Shown in pieces: positions 55,301-64,000 of a stretch of DNA of 64,000 bases (positions are counted from its first letter, which is position 1; each line of letters starts with the position of its first letter). Below the pieces are notes generated by a model. The model was given only the letters and a program-made list of their open reading frames with translations, did no database searches and was not told where the DNA came from. The DNA is from Auanema rhodensis (taxonomy: Eukaryota > Animalia > Nematoda), in the NCBI GenBank assembly GCA_964057225.1, contig OZ059899.1:14136001-14200000 (forward strand), written 5' to 3'. The position numbers and the translations under genes are program-made.

Positions 55301-56032
55301 TATTTCAGCGTTGTATTCAATCTTTGGTACATGCTTGCCAATGCAGAGATGCAAATTGTCGTCGTATGTCTTGTCACAAGATGAAGAGAGTTGTTCAACA
55401 CACAAAGATGTGCAAGAAGCGTGTAAATGCCAGTTGCCCCGTGTGCAAGCAGCTTATCGCCCTATGCTGTTACCATGCCAAGCACTGCTCACGCGATTCT
55501 TGTTCGGTGCCTTTCTGTATGAATATTCGCCAAAAATTAGCCGAACAAAAGAGATCTCTTTCACGACGTGCCGATATGATGATGAGAAGACGTATGGAAG
55601 GATTGCAGGCAGGAGCTGGAGGTGCTTCTAGTGGTATATAGCGGCAATGTTATGAAAATATTAATTAATTCAATTATAGTGGTTAGTGCTGGAAATCCTG
55701 TGACCCCCGCGAATACTAATGTTGCCACTCCGCCCGCAACTAGCAAACCGGAAGCAGCTGTATCTTCTAAGGTAGTATTAAGAATTTCTGAAAAACTTTA
55801 AAGTTGTATCTTGTAGGGTGGAATGCATATGCCAAATCATATGAATTCTGATGTGAATTCTTCGCAGCATGGACAACCTCCACAGCAGCAGCAACAACCT
55901 CCTCAACATCAGCAACAACCTCCACAACATCAGCCGCAACCCCCATCACAGCAGCAGCAGCAGCAACAACAACAACAACAACAACAGCAACAACAACAAC
56001 AACAACAACAGCAGCAGCAGCAGCAGCATCAA

Positions 56033-56067
<35 letters not shown>

Positions 56068-57174
56068 ACAACAGCAACAACAGCAAAGACAAATGATGGG
56101 TATGCTCACAGTTTCAGACATAATTTACCAAATTCATTTGTAGATAATCCTCAACAACCAGCGCAACAGCCAGGAATGAATATTCAAGCTCCGATGGGAA
56201 ATCGCTATGCTAATCACATGCAACAACCTATTGGAGGTCCGGGCATGCCTGGTGGACCTGTGGGTATGATGGGTGGTCAAATGAGACCTGGAGGAGGACC
56301 AAACATGGGAGGTGCTAGCTCAATGCCGAACCCGATGCGATCTGCTCAACTTCAACAACCACCGCCCTATAATCGGTACATACAATCATTTTTTAATTTT
56401 TATCGTTTATTCAATTTTAGAGCAACTGGTCCACAACAAGTTCCTTATGGAGCTCAACCAAATATGATTGGTCATATGGGTCAACCGATGCAACCCCCCG
56501 GAATGCCACCTAATATGAGAAATCGTATGTTAGCATCTTGAATTTTAAACTTTACGAAATTGTTCAGCTGCCAATCAGCAAAGGCAAATGAATAACATGA
56601 ACATGGGTAGCAATATCTCAAACCAAGATCCAAGTCTCACTCATCAGCTCAAGCAGGTTGAACAACGTTTACGGGAAACGCGAACTCAGGAAGAAAGGTC
56701 AGTTCTTGCGAACAAAATATCGCAAACCCACAATTTTTCAGAGAGCAACTGTTTAATGATCTCAAACGAACACCTCATTTATTCTCCGCATTTTTAAGAA
56801 CTGCTCGTAGTACCGATCAACAAATTGGTGGCAATGCTCCTTATGCCCCTCCACAGGCAATGGGGGGACCTTATGGACAGCAACGGCCAATGTATATGCA
56901 ACCTATGGGCCAACAAGGCGGAGTTAATCAATGGCATCAGCAACAATATATGCAACGACCACCACAAGCTAATCCTGCTGTGGGTGGGCAGCCGTTTGGT
57001 CAAATGCAGGTACGTACTTTATCTTCGAACTTTGGACACTCATCATAACATATACAGGGCCGATCTCCATCGATGGGAATGGGCTCAAATTCACCAATGA
57101 TGCCCCCAGGCCAGCAGCAGCAAATGTTGCCACCTCCCCAGGGAGGGCAGCCCCCTGACCAGGCTTTCAGGTGA
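49330..57174 (+). CDS. cbp-1: CBP/p300 histone acetyltransferase (TAZ1, KIX, bromodomain, RING/PHD, HAT, ZZ, TAZ2, Q-rich tail, NCBD-like), about 37 coding exons
   Basis: TAZ1 [25 protein letters not shown]; [22 protein letters not shown]...[11 protein letters not shown]; bromodomain [26 protein letters not shown]; [39 protein letters not shown]; TAZ2 [29 protein letters not shown]; NCBD-like [18 protein letters not shown]. Start [15 protein letters not shown] at 57172-57174. Confidence 0.97.
55949..56086 (+). repeat. Coding CAG/CAA repeat giving Q26-H-Q19 in CBP-1
   Basis: 78 nt of CAG/CAA, then CAT, then 57 nt of CAG/CAA, in frame within one exon. Confidence 0.95.
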
Positions 57175-57836
57175 CCTACCGCATCAACCTAAACATCCGT
57201 TCTCATAGTATTCGGGTTTGTTTGTGATAAACGCGCAGGTCGCGTTTCAGCACTTATTGTTACTTGTTCCTTTCGTGCTATCTCATACTTTGTTGGTGTT
57301 AGTTTCTTGTTAGCTGTCATCTTGTTGCGTAACACTGTGATCCGGATATATTCTAACTGCTGTTTTCCTTGCGTTTTAAATGAATCTTGTCTGTATCATA
57401 AGCGGTTTATACGAGTATAAGGTATTTGTCAATTATTGCTAATTATATAGTATAGTTTAGTATAATATAACCCACTGAGTTATAATAAACATGAAATAGA
57501 GAATGTCTAAAAGTAGAAAGATTCATTGAACTGACCGTATAGGTGAACGATTTGAAGTGAAAGTTATTTTTATCTTGTTCGAGCCCTCCTTTCCCTCTAT
57601 CCATATCCTCTACCTATAATTATTATATTGATGATGAATGATGTGAATATTTATTGATGTTGACACAAATCGAACATATTGTTCTAATTTTTTTAATCTA
57701 TAAATTATAAAATTTCGTCATATAATATAGTAGGCAGTGATTAACTATGCTATATAGTTAAGCACATAGTTAATTATAATAGGTCTTATGGTGATCTGCT
57801 CTGGTTTTTTTTGAATATTATTATTATTATTATTAA

Positions 57837-58687
57837 AATTATTATTATTATTATTATTTTATTGATGTACTGTCTTTGTTTGTACGAACTCTTCACACTT
57901 AAGGAAGTTCAATTATTAATAAATAATAGATTAAATATTGTGTTATTTCTTCTTTAATTTCACTTCAGAATAACTTCGATAGATGACGTTGTAGTAATGA
58001 TGATGATGATGATGACTTCTCTCTTGGCTATATCTCTAGTTCTTCAACTGAAAAAGTATCAGAAAACTTCTGATCGCATTTCAATCAATAACCCAAAAAC
58101 TTACAACAGGCATGTAAACATGATCTCAGAACCTTCTTGGGCTTGGCTTCAGTCTCATCTAATCAGCTTGACTATACTGCACATATAACGTGATTGCAGA
58201 TTTCTCATAGGGAGACACAACATGAGTTTTGTACTTTACCAAAAGTTATGAACGTGTTTCGTCTTCAGTTAACATATTTTGTTTTCCAAAGATTGACTGA
58301 ATGAATAACATTATGATTAATTTGACGAGGATTGTCTACAATGAATATAATATATAATAAATAATAAATAAATAAATATATGTATTGTTCCCATTATTAT
58401 AAATTTAAAATCATAATTTTAAATTTGGATGTACAAATTGGTGGGGAAGAAGAAGAGTCACCTCTTGTTATTCGAAAAAGCCTGTAGCTTGACTATTCAT
58501 TAAACAACTTAATATAGTAATAATTAATAATTATCATTAGAATTTATTGTCAATTTAATCTTTTACTACCTTCAATGATGCCAATACCTTTTTGTTTTTT
58601 TGATGATAATTAGCATTCACAAGGAAAAATCGATACTTGCGTTTTTGCCAAAATGCTGTTCACATGTTGCCTCAGGCTGTTGTTCTT
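57837..58687. repeat. Direct duplication, copy A (about 850 bp)
   Basis: Nearly identical to 59927-60781, with only a few substitutions and microsatellite-length differences. Confidence 0.95.
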
Positions 58688-59640
58688 CCTCCATACAAAG
58701 CATATCAGAACACTAAATCTCATCGCATCATGTTGGCATAAAGGAAATACGAAAAAAGTTGTAAAAGTTTAACATATCGATTTGTTGTGTATGCCAAAAT
58801 CTAAAAAATGATGACATTCACTACATATAAATGGCTGAGCGATGAGATAATGAATTAGATTTGTAAATGCATTCTACGAATACTGAGGGTTTTTCAGTAA
58901 ATATCAATGCATAGATAGTATAAAATTCAAAATGAGAATTTTACTTTGATCTATTGATCTACATATATAACATAGTTCTTATCTGTGTGCTATATATGAA
59001 TGATTTGGCGAAATACATAAAAATAACTTATTGGTTTCATTTTTTTATTTTATTATCATTCTCTTAATTTTATTATATGCTCAAGTTTCATCATGTTGAG
59101 AAGAAGTTTAAGTTTTATTTATTTGTTTAATTTTTCTTAATACAAAAGAACAAATCATGATTCATACTCTTTATCAAATGGAAACCTATGTTAAAACTTT
59201 GTCATATTTTAGTTTGTTTGAAGGCAGACATTGACCTTATAACTTCTTCCAATGCGCCTAATAGCATTTTATTTTACGTGAAATAACTTTATTTTTATTT
59301 TATCAAGCTGGAAATTATCCTAGCCTCGTCTTCCAAAATAGTAAGCCACGCCCCGGTGTCTTATGCAAATCGACGAAGTGTGGAAAGAAGACCAGTGTTG
59401 TTAACTATTATCACTTACATATATGTATAGCAATTGTAATATTTCATAGTTATTATATTTTTATCATTTCAAACTCATTACGTAGTTTTGGAAAATCCTG
59501 ATGACATTCCCTATATAAATTTGAAACCTCAAACAGATTTCTCATCAACTGAACTAGAGTTTATACTTTATATTAATTTTATAATTTATATAATAATTCT
59601 TTCTTTTTTTATTATATCTTAACCTAGTTCAAAAGTTGGG

Positions 59641-59923
59641 AATCAGTCTACACAAATGAATAACATGAACATGGGTAGCAATATCTCAAACCAAGATCCA
59701 AGTCTCACTCATCAGCTTAAGCTGGTTGAACAACGTTTTCGGGAAACGTGAACTCAGAAGGAGGGTTAGTTTTTGGGTCTTGTGGTCAACAATGATCAAT
59801 TTATATGCAACCTATGGGACAACAATATGAAAATATTACTGATGACCCCTAGGCAAAGGGAACCAAGAACGATCCACCACCTATGGATCAAGAAGGTAGA
59901 GTTCGTCAATGGTACAAACAACT
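59641..59923 (+). pseudogene. Duplicated, disabled fragments of cbp-1 3' exons
   Basis: 59653-59770 copies 56585-56705 ([23 protein letters not shown]...) including the donor region, with CGA>TGA at 59749-59751. 59784-59825 and 59880-59923 are more diverged copies of the 56875-56944 segment ([14 protein letters not shown]). Confidence 0.85.
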
Positions 59924-59926
59924 GCC

Positions 59927-60928
59927 AATTATTATTATTATTATTATTTTATTGATGTACTGTCTTTGTTTGTACGAACTCTTCACACTTAAGGAAGTTC
60001 AATTATTAATAAATAATAGATTAAATATTGTGTTATTTCTTCTTCAATTTCACTTCAGAATAACTTCGATAGATGACGTTGTAGCAATGATGATGATGAT
60101 GACTTCTCTCTTGGCTATATCTCTAGTTCTTCAACTGAAAAAGTATCAGAAAACTTCTGATCGCATTTCAATCAATAACCCAAAAACTTACAACAGGCAT
60201 GTAAACATGATCTCAGAACCTTCTTGGGCTTGGCTTCAGTCTCATCTAATCAGCTTGACTATACTGCACATATAACGTGATTGCAGATTTCTCATAGGGA
60301 GATACAACATGAGTTTTGTACTTTACCAACAGTTATGAACGTGTTTCGTCTTCAGTTAACATATTTTGTTTTCCAAAGATTGACTGAATGAATAACATTA
60401 TGATTAATTTGACGAGGATTGTCTACAATGAATATAATATATAATATATAATAAATAATAAATAAATAAATATATGTATTGTTCCCATTATTATAAAGTT
60501 AAAATCATAATTTTAAATTTGGATGTACAAATTGGTGGGGAAGAAGAAGAGTCACCTCTTGTTATTCGAAAAAGCCTGTAGCTTGACTATTCATTAAACA
60601 ACTTAATATAGTAATAATTAATAATTATCATTAGAATTTATTGTCAATTTAATCTTTTACTACCTTCAATGATGCCAATACCTTTTTGTTTTTTTGATGA
60701 TAATTAGCATTCACAAGGAAAAATCGATACTTGCGTTTTTGCCAAAATGCTGTTCACATGTTGCCTCAGGCTGTTGTTCTTTCTCAGTTTTATTTATTTG
60801 TTTAATCTATCTATTTGAAAATATATTTTTCTTAATACAAAAGAACAAATCATGATTCATACTCTTTATCAAATGGAAACCTATGTTGAAACATTGTCAT
60901 ATTTTAGTTTGTTTGAAGGCAGACATTG
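59927..60928. repeat. Direct duplication, copy B (57837-58687 joined to 59111-59232)
   Basis: 59927-60781 matches copy A. 60786-60928 matches 59111-59232 with a roughly 20-nt indel. About 420 bp of the source (58688-59110) is absent. Confidence 0.95.
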
Positions 60929-60929
60929 G

Positions 60930-62350
60930 CTCAAGTTCAAATTTTGAGGATGAAAACTTGACAAACGGCGGATCAATAGGCAAGCTGGAAATGAAAACAG
61001 AAAAAGGTCAATCTGTGGGGTCTGACGATCATAATGGTAGAGCGGTTAGTTCTTGATTCAAATTCGTCCTTCTCCTTATTCCCTCGGGACTTGTCTGCTC
61101 ATTATTCGCTTCCATTTCCTATCTTTTGCTTTCTTTTCTTCAAATTGCCAATTGGCCTCTTTAAAGGAAAAGATAGAAAGTGAAAGATAATGCTCATCTC
61201 TCCTTGAAACTGCTCTTTAACTCGTTTTACCTATTATATTTTTCCTGTTTGTCCCATCGTAACTTTTTTTTTCTCACTCCTTCTCGCTTTTGCTCTGTCA
61301 AGCCGTCTTCCTATCTTTCTGTGAGTCCATTGTTTTCACTTTAGGAAGTCTCATATTGTTTTATCAAATCTTTTGCATATCATTATAATTTTTCATACAT
61401 TCTTTACTAATTGTGCTGATAGCGTTTTCTTCGTTCGCTGATCTCTCTACTTTCTCACATTAATATTTCGATTTTATTTCTAAAATTCACAACTTTCTCA
61501 ATGGATCATTCACTATATTGTTCTTGATATATAGCTTTGGTGGTTAGACATAATTTCATAGTTACAGCATACTGGAGTATATTTGATGGCATTTAGTTTG
61601 TCATGTTTCTCCAAAGATATTACTATTTGAAAAACATTTTGTTTGCCGTGCAATCCCAGTTAAAAATATCATTTTTTAAACTTTCTCTCCAAATTACGCC
61701 AAAAAGACTAGGAATAAATTTGACTCTTCGAGTATTAGCTCTTAGTAGTGCTTGCTGCTCTTCATCATCTCTCAACTGCCATTTTTAGCAGTTTTTCTTG
61801 TCAAAACAAGGTAATACTAGATATTCAAAGTTTAGGTTACAAATCTTGTAAAGCCTTTTTTCAATTTGAAGATTCTTATTTCATAAGTTCATGTAGCCAT
61901 CATTACGAGCTCTGCTTATCTCAGCTTATGATTTATAGCAAAGTTGTTCAAATAACTTCAGATGTTCTTCCATTATTCATTTCTTTCGGAGAAGAAAGTG
62001 CGATGAATACAGAAAAATTCATTTTGCATTATTTTGTCACAACAATTAACAACCTTAGATTGATTTATATTCTCTTTTTGATTCTGTTTCATTTTCCAAA
62101 AGTTTGATTGTGAGTGAATATAAAATGATTGTAGTGGGTAAAGTGAAGAATGAAGAGGTATAACACCAAATTAAAGTTGTTTGTTGGTATAATTATTCAA
62201 GTACGTTTGTCTGCAAATGATATATACGATTCCGTTAAATTCTTGAAAGCTATATCTCCAGAGGTTCCGGACATTTCGTTTCATTCTCATCGTAGTTTGT
62301 TAAGATCAGCGAAAAAAAATAAAAGAGGAGGAAGTAAACGGGAAATAGAT
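60930..62350 (-). other. Possible decayed intronless ORF relic (mobile-element or viral origin unresolved)
   Basis: Long minus-strand frames with sparse stops, e.g. MKQNQKENINQSKVVNCCDKIMQNEFFCIHRTFFSERNE*WEEHLKLFEQLCYKS*AEISRARNDGYMNL*NKNLQIEKRLYKICNLNFEYLVLPCFD. No recognisable domain. Confidence 0.2.
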
Positions 62351-64000
62351 AGTGTTGTTAAATGGAAAACAAATAGTATTTAGGGTTAAGAGTGTGGCAA
62401 AAGCAAAAACGATTTTGAAGCTTGTCTTGTCTTTTCCAACCAGAGGATATGCAACAGCAGACTGGGGGAAGAGATGCTCGGAAGAGTTGGACAAGCGATT
62501 GTCATCCTTGTCCTCATTCTGATCGTCGTCGTCCTCGTTTCCTTGTATTTTCGTTTCTGAGATCAATAGAAAGCAGTTTGAGCGAAGAAGAGACTCAGCA
62601 ACTAGTCGTCGTCAGTGGCACTACTGTTGTTACTCTTTCTTCTCTGCTTCTCTGTTCTTACTTGGCTTTTCCTGCTTTGCTCAATACTCACCCTCCATCT
62701 CTCCCTCTCTTGCCTCACAATTCCCTTTTCAAGCTGAGAGAAGATGCTGCTGGGCAGAAGAACATGCAAGTATGAAAGCATACGCCAGAGAAGCTTAGAG
62801 AAGAAGAGTAAGAGAGAAAAGAGAGATAGTATAGATGATGATGCTAAAGACGAAAAGCTATTCTATCTTGTAGTTTATCCCTACATCCTCTCTATGCCAT
62901 GTTCCGTTTCCTTATAGTTTCTTTAAGCGTGTAGGTCCTGTTGTATCGTTGACTTACATCATAGATATGCAATTGTTTTCATTTCAACGTTTGATTTGCG
63001 TGAAAGTTCACGTGTTCTCTACACGTCATCACGCATTCATTTATTATTTCTCATACGTTAATAACGGTTAGATATAGTTAATACTATATATAACACTATA
63101 TTTATCTATATTTTCTCTCCCTCTCTCTCTGTCTGTTTTTCTCTCTCTTCCCTCCTATCTCTCTCTCCCTTTCCCTCTCTCTCGCACACAAAAATGCTTC
63201 GTTCACTTTAGTAACTTACCTTTTCTGGTTTTTCATATTATTATTTTCATTGAAGCTATGGCATTGCATTGCATGAAACCAAAATGAAAAGATACCTTGT
63301 GTCTCCCACGGGTTATCATATATCCAGCTCTCTAGTTAGTTCAACCAATATTTAGTCAAATGACTTTTCTTTATTTTCATATCGCCTTCTATTAGCCTAT
63401 TCCTTTTTTTTTTGGCCACAATTCGAAGTCTTTATTGATATTTATAAATATCAATTTTTTTTAGTCTTAGGCAGTCGAACACATTCTATTTTGAGGTTAT
63501 AATCAGCATTCTTTTTTTAAAATTTCAACTCTGTGCCGATGGGCACCCTGTTCATCTCTTCTTGAGCATCTAAACTGAACGAATTTAAAAAATTCAATTT
63601 TCATTTTATTTTTATGGATAATTCACATATATTATAACATTTTTTGAATATATAATATACAATCTATCTATCTATATCTATATATGTATATGTATATACG
63701 TATCCATATATTGACTACTCGACGATAATGCACTAAACTGGGCTGAAAATGAAATTGCAAAGTTATTTTCTTGTTTGAAACAACTTTACTTGTGGACGAA
63801 AATTGAAATTTTTTTCTCTTTTATTCAGCCAGACTGATGCCAGTAGCTTCTTCCTGTTGTCTCTGCTGATAAAGCCGAACTTTTCTTTTTTTTTCACCAA
63901 AATCTTTCAAGTCACAGCTAGTTTTTCATTAATTTTTCCATTTTTTTCTTTTTTTTTCTGTTGAAGAAAAGTTTTTGTTCGAATTATTAGTTTTCTGTTG

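Noticed and set aside
61080-61089. Perfect COE/UNC-3 motif TCCCTCGGGA
   Set aside because: Single isolated site with no assignable target gene in the window.
1-64000. CRISPR arrays, tRNA/rRNA genes, intact transposases, prokaryotic operons
   Set aside because: None seen; the sequence is spliced eukaryotic DNA whose repeats are microsatellites and one local duplication.

Overview
AT-rich eukaryotic genomic DNA from a nematode (probably clade V), with many 45-60 nt GT...TTTCAG/TTTTAG introns and abundant GA/CT microsatellites. Five spliced genes can be reconstructed by hand: the 3' end of a TRAPPC11 orthologue (+, 1-1791), a divergent DAF-7-like TGF-beta ligand (+, 2528-6364), lis-1 (-, 7445-9959), Prospero pros-1/ceh-26 (-, 12609-17853) and CBP/p300 cbp-1 (+, 49330-57174). 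pros-1 and cbp-1 are head-to-head across about 31 kb with no recognisable intact gene; this interval looks like a large regulatory domain or 5' intron of pros-1 and has a few decayed gene-like relics near 44.7-47.8 kb. Downstream of cbp-1 is a mosaic tandem duplication carrying a pseudogenised cbp-1 C-terminal fragment. The best leads are a near-perfect RFX/DAF-19 X-box just upstream of lis-1, a GC-rich in-frame 54-nt intron splitting the basic KRAK|VTD motif of Prospero, a 17/18-nt let-7-like segment upstream of pros-1, and the cbp-1 duplication. I found no tRNA, rRNA, CRISPR array or intact transposon. All homology calls rest on remembered protein motifs, not database searches, and most short ORFs in the supplied track are spurious or single exons.
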